In this document: piece by piece, positions 9,348 through 18,453 of the stretch
How positions within the stretch are numbered: the stretch's first letter is position 1
Layout: every line of letters starts with the position of its first letter
Source of the DNA: Gemmatimonadota bacterium
Lineage (GTDB): Bacteria > JAAXHH01
Direction: 5' to 3'
NCBI GenBank assembly: GCA_009835325.1
Contig: VXWP01000087.1
Location: 21,231-85,230 of the forward strand
Length of the DNA: 64,000 nt
The notes under the pieces: generated by a model
Databases searched by the model: none
What the model saw: the letters and a program-made list of their open reading frames with translations, nothing else
What the model was told of the DNA's origin: nothing
Made by a program: the position numbers and the translations under genes

Positions 9348-10247
9348 ATGTCAGGCCCCGTCAAGTTGAAGTCCGTTGCCATATCCGGGAAGGCGCCCGG
9401 CCCGAAACTCCTCATACTCGGGGGCATACACGGCGACGAATTCGAATCCATGTGGGCCATACGGCGGCTGAGGGAGGCCCTGGATCCCGGTGAACTCCGC
9501 GGCACGGTCTCCCTGGTCCCCGTCGTCAACGAGGCGGCCTACTGGCGCGGCCAGCGTACCGCGGAGGACGGCCTGGACCTGGCCCGGACCTGCCCCGGCC
9601 GGGAAGACGGCACCATCACCGAACGGATCGCACACGCGGTCAGCGCGATGATCCGCGAGTCCGACTTCCTTATCGACCTGCACAGCGGCGGGCTGATCTC
9701 GAGGTTCTACCCGACGGTGGGTTACATGCTGCACGCGGACGCCGACGTCCTGGCGCGGCAGCGGGAGATGGCCCGGGCTTTCAACATGCCGGTCGTCTGG
9801 GGCACCTACGCGGGTCACGACGGCCGTACGCTCTCCATCGCCCGGGACGCCGGCATTCCCGCGATTTACTCGGAATGGATGGGTGCGGGCGACTGCGACC
9901 CCGAGGGCGTCGACGGTTATTACGAGGGTTGCCTGAACGTCATGGGTGTGCTGGGCATGATCGAACGCGACCAGCCGCCGTCGATCTTACAGCACACGGT
10001 AGAAGACGACCGGGAAGGCGCGGGACACATACAGCTGAACTACCCGGCGCCCTTTTCAGGCTTCTTCGAACCCTGGGTCGAACTGATGGACCGCATCGAA
10101 CCCGGTGATGGATTCGGGGTGGTAACCGACCTGCTCGGGGACCGGCGGGAAGAGATCGTATCCACGCAATCCGGCCACGTGCTGGTCCTGCGCACCTTCA
10201 ACCGCGTCCACGAGGGTGAGACGATCGCGGCGGTGCTGGAGGTCTGA
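9348..10247 (+). CDS. succinylglutamate desuccinylase/aspartoacylase (AstE/AspA) family amidohydrolase
   Basis: 299 aa; GGIHGDEFES and HSGG metal-site motifs; AAGGAG Shine-Dalgarno just upstream. Confidence 0.8.
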   Translation: MSGPVKLKSVAISGKAPGPKLLILGGIHGDEFESMWAIRRLREALDPGELRGTVSLVPVVNEAAYWRGQRTAEDGLDLARTCPGREDGTITERIAHAVSAMIRESDFLIDLHSGGLISRFYPTVGYMLHADADVLARQREMARAFNMPVVWGTYAGHDGRTLSIARDAGIPAIYSEWMGAGDCDPEGVDGYYEGCLNVMGVLGMIERDQPPSILQHTVEDDREGAGHIQLNYPAPFSGFFEPWVELMDRIEPGDGFGVVTDLLGDRREEIVSTQSGHVLVLRTFNRVHEGETIAAVLEV

Positions 10248-10300
10248 GCGATCAGATCGGGCGTTCTTTCCTTCCAACGGCGATTACGAGGAAGATTGAG

Positions 10301-10573
10301 TCAGACAGTCATCAATAACTCAGCAAGGTTGCCTCCTATGGTCGGGGGAGGCAATTCCTTGTTCTCTTGCTGTGCGATCTCAAGCCATTCGTCGACGATT
10401 TGGCAAAGTTGGCGGTAAACTTCGGTCTCTTCGTCGCCGTGACAACAGGGACCGATGATTCTCGGGCAATAGCCGATGAAACACTCATCCTCATTCGACC
10501 ACTCGACGATTTTGATGTAGCGTGCGCTCTTAGTTATTTGAGCGACTCCCGGGTTGTGCCAACTTCAAACCAT
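10301..10573 (-). pseudogene. HicB-like antitoxin remnant with in-frame TGA at codon 3
   Basis: Not in ORF track. Own translation: ATG GTT TGA then SWHNPGVAQITKSARYIKIVEWSNEDECFIGYCPRIIGPCCHGDEETEVYRQLCQIVDEWLEIAQQENKELPPPTIGGNLAELLMTV*. The EWSxEDxCF...HGDxExEVY...VDEW pattern matches the HicB-like fold from memory. No ATG/GTG/TTG start after the TGA. Confidence 0.5.
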
Positions 10574-10684
10574 CCCGGGCAATTGGAGGTCTTGTTTGAT
10601 CTGAAAAGCCAGAATGTCTCAGACTGCGACAAAGTGTTCGTCCACAAGAATCGGCCGTTTTTTACCAGGGATCTTGAGAAAATC

Positions 10685-10972
10685 CTACCGCGGCTTATAG
10701 CGTTCAACCCTGATCTGGTCTTCGTTCTTGCGGGCCTGTGCCAGATTGAAGTTGGCCTGTCGACGAAGCCAGAATTCGGCATTCGACCATCCTGCCTTTT
10801 CCAGGCGAATGGCCATCTCGGCTGTTACAGCTGAATGGCCATTCAACAGCCGTGAAAGCGTGTGACGTGAGACATCCAGAATTCGTGCCGCCTCGGTGAT
10901 GTTCAGGCCAAATGGGTCCAGGCAGTTCTGTCTGATGCTGTGACCAGGATGCGACGGATTATTCATGGCCAT
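10685..10972 (-). CDS. higA: HigA-family antitoxin (XRE HTH)
   Basis: MAMNNPSHPGHSIRQNCLDPFGLNITEAARILDVSRHTLSRLLNGHSAVTAEMAIRLEKAGWSNAEFWLRRQANFNL; start moved to Met35 of ORF 10685..11074; 16 nt after higB. Confidence 0.85.
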   Translation of the reverse strand: MAMNNPSHPGHSIRQNCLDPFGLNITEAARILDVSRHTLSRLLNGHSAVTAEMAIRLEKAGWSNAEFWLRRQANFNLAQARKNEDQIRVERYKPR

Positions 10973-10988
10973 ATGGCCTGCCCCCTTT

Positions 10989-11267
10989 CTAGTGGTAGTC
11001 GACCAGATCGACATCGTAGACGTTCTCCTTTTCAAATCGAAAAATGATCCTCCAGTTTGCAGAAACAGATACATTCCAGAAATCCTTCAAACTGCCCTTC
11101 AGTGGATGTAGTCGATAACCTGGTAGATCGAGATCGGATGGTTTGTTGGCAGCATCAAGGTCAGACAGAATGTGTGTAATCTTTCTCACAAGGTCGGTTC
11201 GGATTCCTCTTGCAGATCCGTAATCATATAACCGTTTGAGACCACGATTTCGAAACGATATAATCAC
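10989..11267 (-). CDS. higB: HigB-type (RelE-fold) toxin
   Basis: 92 aa; MIISFRNRGLKRLYDYGSARGI...LHPLKGSLKDFWNVSVSANWRIIFRFE, typical plasmid-maintenance killer protein; toxin-first order. Confidence 0.85.
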   Translation of the reverse strand: MIISFRNRGLKRLYDYGSARGIRTDLVRKITHILSDLDAANKPSDLDLPGYRLHPLKGSLKDFWNVSVSANWRIIFRFEKENVYDVDLVDYH

Positions 11268-11488
11268 TGGAAACGTAGTGGAGTTAGATGTACTGTGTCA
11301 ATGCCAAACCTAACAGAATGAACAGACCCGTCGATATCCGTGTTCCTTGACGCAGCAGTTATCTACGCCTTATCCTGTAACGGTCGAAGTTCGCTCCTGA
11401 AACCTCGTCTATTTTCCGGCGGAGTTTCCTTGCAGCTATCTTTAGTTATCTTTCCCTGAAGCGGTTGTCGTGACACAGAATCCTCCCC

Positions 11489-12841
11489 ATGATCCGTGAC
11501 TCCTACTGGCTGGACATGCCCTACACACCCTCCGATCCCCTGTCCGGAGACCTGGACGTGGACGTCGTCGTGATCGGCGGCGGCGTGACGGGGATAACCG
11601 GCGCCCTTTTCCTGGCGGAGGGCGGTGCGCGCGTGGCGGTACTGGAGCGGCGCGAGATCGCCTCGGGCGCGACGGGTCGCAACGGGGGGTTCATGCTGGC
11701 CGGTACCCACGAGTACTACGCCGAGGCCGTGGAGGAACTGACGGACCTGTACGGCCCGGACGGCAGGAGGCTGGCCCGGGAGTCGTGGACGATCGCCCTC
11801 GAGAACCACGATCTCATGGCCGGTCTCATGAAGAAGTACGCCATACATTGCGACTACTACCGGCACGGCAGCTACGTGATCGCGATGAAGCGGCCGGACC
11901 GCGGTTCTCACAAGAATCCGCTGGAACGCATCGTCCAGTCGTACAACCTTCTCCAGGAGGATGGGTTCGAGGTGGCCTACCTGGACGAGGAGGAACTCTA
12001 CGAGATCAAGCGTAGTCCGCTCCTGGCGGGCGCCTTGCGGAACAAGTTCGACGGCGAACTTCACCCGGTCAAATACGTGCGTGGTCTAGCGGCCGCCACG
12101 CGGGGGCTGGGTGTCCAGTTCTTCGAAAACACGGCGGTCACCGGGGTCGAGCGGAAAGACCGCGGGCTGCTCGTCCAGACGCCCGGTGGAAGGATCCGGA
12201 CACAGCAGGTGCTCCTCGGGATGAACGCGTATACGCCGCAACTCGATGCTCGGTACGAGCGGCGCATCATCCCTCACCGGGGGCAGGTCTTCACGACGGA
12301 ACCCGTTTCCGAGCGGCTGTTCAACGGCGTCTTCTACGCCAACGATGGCTGGGAATTCTGGCGGCAGCTGCACGACGGGCCCGGGGAGGGCGGCAGACTG
12401 CTGTTCGGCGGGGGCCGGAATCACCACATCCGCGCCGAGCGGGGATTCCACTTCCTGAGGCGCCGTAGCCGGCCGGGCCGCCCGGTCCGGACGTACCGGG
12501 GGTACAAGGAGCGTCCCACGCGGGCGGTGCAGCGGACGAACGACCGGGCGTTCAATGGTGCCTTCCCTTACCTGGCCACCCTCGGCCGCTCCCACCGCTG
12601 GGGCGGCGTCATGGGCTTCTCCTACGACAGCAGCCCCTTCGTCGGCGAGACGGAAACGCCGGGCGTCCACATCGTCGCCGGATTCACGGGCCGGGGCAAC
12701 GCCTATGCCACGGTGGCGGCGCGCATGCTCAGCGACCGGCTGCTGGGCAGGCCCCCCACCCTGGAACGCCAGTTCGAGACGGTGAAGCGGGTTTTCGATC
12801 CATTGCGGGGAGGGATCGACGCGGAAAACCGGCGCCGGTAA
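11489..12841 (+). CDS. FAD-dependent oxidoreductase (DAO family)
   Basis: 450 aa; dinucleotide fold DVDVVVIGGGVTGITGALFLAEGGARVAVLE...ASGATGRNGGF. Confidence 0.8.
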   Translation: MIRDSYWLDMPYTPSDPLSGDLDVDVVVIGGGVTGITGALFLAEGGARVAVLERREIASGATGRNGGFMLAGTHEYYAEAVEELTDLYGPDGRRLARESWTIALENHDLMAGLMKKYAIHCDYYRHGSYVIAMKRPDRGSHKNPLERIVQSYNLLQEDGFEVAYLDEEELYEIKRSPLLAGALRNKFDGELHPVKYVRGLAAATRGLGVQFFENTAVTGVERKDRGLLVQTPGGRIRTQQVLLGMNAYTPQLDARYERRIIPHRGQVFTTEPVSERLFNGVFYANDGWEFWRQLHDGPGEGGRLLFGGGRNHHIRAERGFHFLRRRSRPGRPVRTYRGYKERPTRAVQRTNDRAFNGAFPYLATLGRSHRWGGVMGFSYDSSPFVGETETPGVHIVAGFTGRGNAYATVAARMLSDRLLGRPPTLERQFETVKRVFDPLRGGIDAENRRR

Positions 12842-12883
12842 GCCCCGGCCGGGCACCAGCGTAAGCCCCGGCCGGGCACCAGC
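12838..12883. repeat. 23-bp x2 perfect tandem duplication starting at the stop codon of the oxidoreductase
   Basis: gtaagccccggccgggcaccagc twice (12838-12860, 12861-12883); TAA at 12839-12841 is the gene stop. Confidence 0.95.
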
Positions 12884-12893
12884 GTATGCCCGC

Positions 12894-13793
12894 CTACGCG
12901 AACTGGTGAAAATGCCGGGTCATGCGCCGTTCCACCTGTCTGAGCAGGATGGAGAGGGACAGGCAGAGCAGGAAGTACACGAAGGCCACCAGCAGCCATA
13001 CCTCAAAGAGCAGCCCGCTCGAATTGGCGATTTCCGAGCCGACGAAGGTCAGTTCCTGGACGGAGATGAGGGAGACGATGGACGAATCCTTCACCAGGGA
13101 GATGTACTGGCCCGTCAGCGGCGGCGCGATGCGGGCCAGTGCCTGGGGAAAGATGACGTACCGGTAGCGGTCCAGGACCGGAATGCCCAGGCTTTCCCCG
13201 GCCTCCCACTGGCCGCGGGGTATGGCGGCCAGGCCGGCGCGGACGACTTCGGCGATGTACGCGGCGCTGATGAAAGATATGCACAGCACGCCGGAGACCA
13301 GGTTCTCCCAGAGGGCCGGGGGGCCGAAGAGGAAGCGCTGCCATCCCGAAGCTTCCTCCGCGGGCCGGTTGAACAGGGCATCCAGGCCCAGGAGGGGCAT
13401 CAGCTGGCTGCTGATGAAGAAGTAGAAGATGAAGATGAACACCAGGGGCGGGATGTTGCGCAGGATCTGGATGTAGGTCCCGCAGAACATGCGCAGTGTG
13501 CGTCCCCCGGCGTACCTGCCCACACCGATCAGCACACCCAGCATGCTGGCCAGCACCGCCCCCCACAGGCTGAGCCGCAGGGTCGCGTAGATCCCCGTCA
13601 GGAAAAAGGGCGTTTCGCCGGCGTCGCCGGCGGCAAAGACGGTCGAAAGCGCCTGGGGCCAGTCCCAGCGGTACGCCACGCCGATGGCCGAACGGTACCA
13701 CATCCAGCCGGCCGCCGCGACCAATCCTACCAGCAGTATCCCGTCCAGCCGGGTGGGCCGGAACCGGCCCGTCCTTTGACGGATCGTCGACAT
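12894..13793 (-). CDS. amino-acid ABC transporter permease (AapQ/HisQ-like)
   Basis: MSTIRQRTGRF...IAEVVRAGLAAIPRGQWEAGESLGIPVLDRYRYVIFPQAL (EAA loop). It is the in-frame 3' part of track ORF 12894..14567, whose N-terminal part is out-of-frame noise. Start overlaps the upstream stop. Confidence 0.85.
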   Translation of the reverse strand: MSTIRQRTGRFRPTRLDGILLVGLVAAAGWMWYRSAIGVAYRWDWPQALSTVFAAGDAGETPFFLTGIYATLRLSLWGAVLASMLGVLIGVGRYAGGRTLRMFCGTYIQILRNIPPLVFIFIFYFFISSQLMPLLGLDALFNRPAEEASGWQRFLFGPPALWENLVSGVLCISFISAAYIAEVVRAGLAAIPRGQWEAGESLGIPVLDRYRYVIFPQALARIAPPLTGQYISLVKDSSIVSLISVQELTFVGSEIANSSGLLFEVWLLVAFVYFLLCLSLSILLRQVERRMTRHFHQFA

Positions 13794-14590
13794 CAGGCAC
13801 CCGCCCTTCGCCGTTCGGCCATGGCCGCCGCGGTGGAAAGGGCCAGGGTCACGGCCAGGTAGATCGCGGCCACGGTCAGCCAGATCTCGAAAGTCAGGAA
13901 GGTGTCCGCGATGAGGTTCCGGCCCTGCGTGGTGAGGTCGAAGATGGCGATGACGCTGACGATCGAGGAATTCTTCACGAGCGATACCGCCTCGTTGGTG
14001 AGCGGGGGCAGCATGTTCCGGAGCACCTGCGGCAGGATGACGTACCGGTAGTTGTCGAGGCGCTTCAGGCCCAGGCTCTCCCCCGCCTCGACCTGCCCCC
14101 GGGGGATGGCCCGCAGGCCGGCCCGGAAGATCTCCGACGTATAGGCGCCCTGAAACGCGGCGAGACACGCGATCGCCGTCGTGGTCTGTCCCCAGCCGAG
14201 GATCGGGCCGAGAACGAAGTACATCACGTAGAGCTGGATCAACAGGGGGGTGTTGCGGATCAGTTCCAGGTACCCGCGGGCGAGTCCGCGCCCGACCATG
14301 GAGGAAGACAGCCGCAGGAGCGCGGTCGCGAGCCCGATGACGAGGGTCAGGAATAGGCTGAGGACGGATATTTCGAGGGTGACGAAGAGGCCCTGGATCA
14401 GCGGGCCGGCGGCCCAGGCGCCGTTTTCGGACGTGAACAGGAAGTCGTCCACCCGGTACCACTGCCACCGGTAGTTGATGTTCTCGGCGCCGCGCATGAC
14501 CGCGAAGACGAGGATGCCGGCGATGGCCGCCGGCTGGATCCAGTTCGACAGCGCACGCCTGACCCAAGGCCTGCGGAAAAGCCCGATCAC
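13793..14590 (-). CDS. amino-acid ABC transporter permease (AapM/HisM-like)
   Basis: 265 aa; SEIFRAGLRAIPRGQVEAGESLGLKRLDNYRYVILPQVL EAA loop; ATGA overlap with the ATPase gene. Confidence 0.9.
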   Translation of the reverse strand: MIGLFRRPWVRRALSNWIQPAAIAGILVFAVMRGAENINYRWQWYRVDDFLFTSENGAWAAGPLIQGLFVTLEISVLSLFLTLVIGLATALLRLSSSMVGRGLARGYLELIRNTPLLIQLYVMYFVLGPILGWGQTTTAIACLAAFQGAYTSEIFRAGLRAIPRGQVEAGESLGLKRLDNYRYVILPQVLRNMLPPLTNEAVSLVKNSSIVSVIAIFDLTTQGRNLIADTFLTFEIWLTVAAIYLAVTLALSTAAAMAERRRAGA

Positions 14591-15348
14591 GCCGAAGCCT
14601 CGTAGTGGAGGATCTGGTTGAGGAAGGCCCGGGTCCGTTCTTCCCTGGGCGCGTCGAAGAAGGCGTCCGGCGCGGCGCTCTCGACGATCTCGCCGTGGTC
14701 CATGAAGACGACCCGGTCGGAAACCTTGCGGGCGAAACCCATTTCGTGGGTCACGCAGACCATGGTGATGCCGCTGTCCGTGAGTTCGAAGATCACGTCG
14801 AGGACCTCACGGATCATTTCCGGGTCGAGCGACGACGTGGGTTCGTCGAAGAGCAGGATATCGGGCCGCATGCACAGCGCCCGGGCGATCGCCACGCGTT
14901 GCTGCTGCCCGCCGGAGAGCTGGTCGGGGTACTTTTCGGCCTGGTCCCCGATGTGCACGCGCTCAAGATAGGACAGGGCGGTTTCTTCCGCCTTCTCCTT
15001 ATCCATCCCGAGATTGCGCATGGGGGCGAGGGCCAGGTTCCGCAGGACGGTCATGTGGGGGAACAGGTTGAAGCTCTGGAACACCATGCCGATCTTCCCG
15101 CGCAGTTCGCGGGGAAGCCGCTCGCCCGGTCCCAGCGGGACGCCGTGGACCCGGACCACGCCCCGGTCGTGGGTTTCCAGCCGGTTGATGCAGCGGATCA
15201 GCGTGGACTTGCCCGAACCGGACGGACCACAGACGACGACGCACTCGCCTTCGCCGATGCTCAGGTCCACGTCCCGGAGCACCTGGAACGTCCCGAACCA
15301 CTTGCTTACGTCTTCAAACGCGATAATGGATGGGGTATCGTCAGACAC
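14587..15348 (-). CDS. amino-acid ABC transporter ATP-binding protein (GlnQ/HisP-like)
   Basis: 253 aa; Walker A GPSGSGKST, signature LSGGQQQRVAIARAL, Walker B ILLFDEPTS. Confidence 0.95.
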   Translation of the reverse strand: MSDDTPSIIAFEDVSKWFGTFQVLRDVDLSIGEGECVVVCGPSGSGKSTLIRCINRLETHDRGVVRVHGVPLGPGERLPRELRGKIGMVFQSFNLFPHMTVLRNLALAPMRNLGMDKEKAEETALSYLERVHIGDQAEKYPDQLSGGQQQRVAIARALCMRPDILLFDEPTSSLDPEMIREVLDVIFELTDSGITMVCVTHEMGFARKVSDRVVFMDHGEIVESAAPDAFFDAPREERTRAFLNQILHYEASA

Positions 15349-15351
15349 GGA

Positions 15352-16101
15352 TCAGGTGCCCTCGATCATCGCCTTCATCCTGGCCGCGACCCAGTCGACC
15401 GCCACGTCGATCATACCCTGTCCCTTCACGGCGTCGGCGAGTTTGGCCTCGTGGTGGAATTCCCGGTCCTGGGCCGCCCGGTCGGCCTGGGAAATGGTCA
15501 GCCTGGCCGCGTCGTAGTCGACGCCTTCCCAGTGTACGTGCCGGGGGAAGGCCGCGTAGGCGAAGGAGGTCTCGAACTCGCTGGCGTGGCCGGGACAGTT
15601 GTTGGAGTCCATGTACTTTTGGACGATTTCCGGGGTATAGGCTTCCCAGTAGCTGCAGAAGGCGAAATCGACGCCCAGGCGGGAACGGATGTCCTCCAGC
15701 GCGGCGTTGACGGGACCGGCGTTCCCGGCGTGGCCGTTGACGGCCAGGATATGGTTGATCCCGCCCCTCTTCATGCTGTCGGCCACGTCGTAGAGGAGTT
15801 CCGTGAAGATCTCGGGCCGGGTCGTCAGCGTACCCTTGTGGTCCATCCAGTGCTCCGACACGCCGATGGCCAGCGGCGTAGTGACCACGACCTCGGGATA
15901 GAGTGACTGCGCGGCGCGTTCGGACACGTGGACGGCGCTGGCGGTGTCGTGGGACATCTCCAGGTGCTCGTTGTGCTGTTCCGTACTGCCCGTGGGAATG
16001 ATCGCTCCCTTGAGGTTGCCGTCGTAGATCCCCTCTCGGAACTGCCTGCGGGTCATTTTCCAGAGCTGTACGGGCCGGTCATGGGGTAGGGCGTCGGACA
16101 T
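15352..16101 (-). CDS. creatininase-family amidohydrolase
   Basis: 249 aa; IPTGSTEQHNEHL, AVNGHAGN, GHASEFETS motifs. Confidence 0.8.
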   Translation of the reverse strand: MSDALPHDRPVQLWKMTRRQFREGIYDGNLKGAIIPTGSTEQHNEHLEMSHDTASAVHVSERAAQSLYPEVVVTTPLAIGVSEHWMDHKGTLTTRPEIFTELLYDVADSMKRGGINHILAVNGHAGNAGPVNAALEDIRSRLGVDFAFCSYWEAYTPEIVQKYMDSNNCPGHASEFETSFAYAAFPRHVHWEGVDYDAARLTISQADRAAQDREFHHEAKLADAVKGQGMIDVAVDWVAARMKAMIEGT

Positions 16102-16177
16102 GGAAGACTCCTGACTGGTTAGATATTGGCCGCGGCGGGTCTCGCCGGTTGATCGGCGCGGACGCGGTCTTTCTCGT

Positions 16178-16501
16178 TTACGCGTAATCCTCCCGGGGCG
16201 GGCTGAATATATCCAGGGCGACGGATCGGGTCATGACCTCGGTCACGCCGTGCTGGACCCCGCCGGGAATCACGTACTTGTCGCCCGTCCGAATGGTCCG
16301 GCTTTCCCCGCCGATGACCATGACGAATTCACCTTCCAGCACCACGCCCAGCTGTTCGTGAGGATGGTCGTGCATGGGCACCTGCGATCCCGGCGTGAGC
16401 GTAACGAAGGACATCTGGGCCCGGTCGCCTCCGGCCACGGCGATGCTCACGCCCGGGGCGATGGACTTTTGGGACATGTTTTCTTCTTCGACGAAATACA
16501 T
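16178..16501 (-). CDS. cupin domain protein
   Basis: 107 aa; PMHDHPHEQLGVVLEGEF...IPGGVQH cupin motifs. Confidence 0.75.
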   Translation of the reverse strand: MYFVEEENMSQKSIAPGVSIAVAGGDRAQMSFVTLTPGSQVPMHDHPHEQLGVVLEGEFVMVIGGESRTIRTGDKYVIPGGVQHGVTEVMTRSVALDIFSPPREDYA

Positions 16502-16575
16502 ATGCTCCTCCGGCTATGGGCGGGATGCCCGGTGAAAACGGTCGTGCACGAACCGGTCGGATCGGGCCGTCCCGG

Positions 16576-17772
16576 CTAGGCTGTCCCGGCGTCGGCGTAT
16601 ACGGCACTCGCCGCCGCCACACCGCTCCCGGCGACTGCGTGGCCTTCCGCGCGCAGAGCCTGTTCGAGGGCGCCCAGGCACAGGATGACGTGATCGCGCT
16701 GGGAGGACTGGCCCATGAGCCCCACGCGCCAGGCCTTGCCCTTCAACGCGCCGAGGCCGCCGCCGAGTTCGAGACCGTAATCCTTCAGCAGCCGGCTCCG
16801 TACGGCGGCCTCGTCGATCCCGTCCGGGGCCAGGACGGGGTTGATGGTCGGGGCGCGGTGCGGCGGGTCGACGAAGAACGCGAGCCCCATGGCGTCGATC
16901 CCCGCCCTGAACGCTTCGTAGTTCGCGGCATGCCGCCGATGGCCGTTCGCCAGCCCTTCCTCGTGGATGATCACGAGGGCTTCCCGCAAGGCGTAGAACA
17001 GGTTCACCGGCGCGGTATGGTGATAGGTCCGGTCGCCGTCCCAGTACGCGTTGATCAGGGAGAGATCCATATACCAGTTGTCGACCGGTGTTTTGCGTGC
17101 GGCGATGGCCTCGACCGCGCGATCGTTGAGCGTAAGGGGCGCCAGGCCCGGCGGGGCGCTCAGGCATTTCTGGCTGCCGGTATAGCAGACGTCGATGCCC
17201 CAGGCGTCGACCTCGACCGGCGTCCCGCCCAGGGAGGCCACGGTGTCGACGAGGACGAGGGCGCCGTGCTCGTGGATGACGGGGATGATCTCCTCGAGGG
17301 GTTGCAGCACGCCCGTGGACGTCTCCGCGTGCACGAGGCCCACGACCCTGGGACGGCATCCATCCAGCGCCTGGCGGACCTGTTCCGGCGTGAACGGCCG
17401 CCCCGGTTCGCCTTCGAGACGTATCAACCTCCCGCCGTGGCGCTCGGCCATCTGGGCCATGCGGTCTCCGAAGACGCCGCCTACGCAGATGAGTACCTCG
17501 TCACCCGGCTCCACGAGATTGCATATGCAGGTCTCCATGCCGGCGGAACCCGTGGCGGAGATGGCCAGCGTCATGGCGTTTTCGGTCTGGAACACGTACC
17601 GCAGCAATGCCTTGGTGTCGTCCATGACTCCGATGAAATACGGGTCCAGGTGTCCGGTCAGCGGAGCCCCCATGGCCTGGTAGACCCTGGGATGCATGTC
17701 GCTCGGTCCGGGCCCCATGAGGACGCGCCGGCCGGGGTCCAGGGGGGCGAATGTATCATGCTGCGGGGGCAT
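16576..17772 (-). CDS. class V aminotransferase (serine-pyruvate/alanine-glyoxylate type)
   Basis: 398 aa; PGPSDMHPRVYQAMG N-terminus, GSQKCLSAPPGLAPL PLP-lysine motif. Confidence 0.85.
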   Translation of the reverse strand: MPPQHDTFAPLDPGRRVLMGPGPSDMHPRVYQAMGAPLTGHLDPYFIGVMDDTKALLRYVFQTENAMTLAISATGSAGMETCICNLVEPGDEVLICVGGVFGDRMAQMAERHGGRLIRLEGEPGRPFTPEQVRQALDGCRPRVVGLVHAETSTGVLQPLEEIIPVIHEHGALVLVDTVASLGGTPVEVDAWGIDVCYTGSQKCLSAPPGLAPLTLNDRAVEAIAARKTPVDNWYMDLSLINAYWDGDRTYHHTAPVNLFYALREALVIIHEEGLANGHRRHAANYEAFRAGIDAMGLAFFVDPPHRAPTINPVLAPDGIDEAAVRSRLLKDYGLELGGGLGALKGKAWRVGLMGQSSQRDHVILCLGALEQALRAEGHAVAGSGVAAASAVYADAGTA

Positions 17773-17791
17773 GCGGTGTTGTTCCCTTCGG

Positions 17792-18325
17792 TCAGCGTGT
17801 CTGAATCAAGGTCTCGGCCGTCCAGGCATCGACAAAACCCCTGGTTCTCAGCCAGTCGCGCAAGATGTCGGCATCGGCCTTTTCCTTGAAGTCGCCCACG
17901 CGCACCTTGAAGCTGTTGGATTCCTCTTCCACGTAGATTCGATACGACCATTCCGCCAGCGTTCGCTCCACCTGCTGCAACGCGGCTTCGGCCGCTTCTC
18001 GCCTCGTAAACGAATAAAGCTGGACTCTGTATCCCGGGGTGGGTTCTGCAACCGTGGCGGGGACGGGGGGTTCAGATGCCGGTTCGGCCGGATCACCGAT
18101 CAACGACTCATCGGACCGTGACGCGTCGTCAGCCGGCGCCGGAGCTTCGGGCGCCGGAGCTTCGGGTTGAGGCGCTTTCGGCGCCGCGGCGGGTGCCCGC
18201 TTCCCGAGCAGCCACGTGCAACCCGCCAGATTCATGGCGAACAGAAGACACAGCACCATCATCGCAACCCGGAACGGCGTTTTTAACGGATAACCATATC
18301 GCATGATCGGCACCCATATTGGCAA
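17792..18325 (-). CDS. SPOR-domain lipoprotein
   Basis: Lipobox LFAMNLAGC, Ala/Pro-rich linker, C-terminal YRVQLYSF...FKVRVGDFKEKADAD SPOR-like domain; start may be the internal Met at 18304. Confidence 0.7.
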   Translation of the reverse strand: MPIWVPIMRYGYPLKTPFRVAMMVLCLLFAMNLAGCTWLLGKRAPAAAPKAPQPEAPAPEAPAPADDASRSDESLIGDPAEPASEPPVPATVAEPTPGYRVQLYSFTRREAAEAALQQVERTLAEWSYRIYVEEESNSFKVRVGDFKEKADADILRDWLRTRGFVDAWTAETLIQTR

Positions 18326-18453
18326 CGGTGCCAGGCGGAAGACATGGGTCAGGACAGCGGTAACAAAAGAGGATTCCGAAAAATCCCGGAATCCTCTTCA
18401 TAACCACTTGCATTTCTCTTCGGCCGACCACCGTCAGGAACCATCCCCGGAAC

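Noticed and set aside
10367-10834. 155-aa plus-strand ORF and 82-aa minus-strand ORF (10534..10782) in the TA islet.
   Set aside because: The first is antisense to, and the second overlaps out of frame with, higA and the hicB-like remnant. Neither has motifs or a Shine-Dalgarno sequence.
12894-14567. 557-aa ORF spanning both permease genes.
   Set aside because: Only its C-terminal 299 residues (from MSTIRQ) look like a permease. The N-terminal part is an out-of-frame read across the upstream permease gene (13793..14590), which has its own clean frame.
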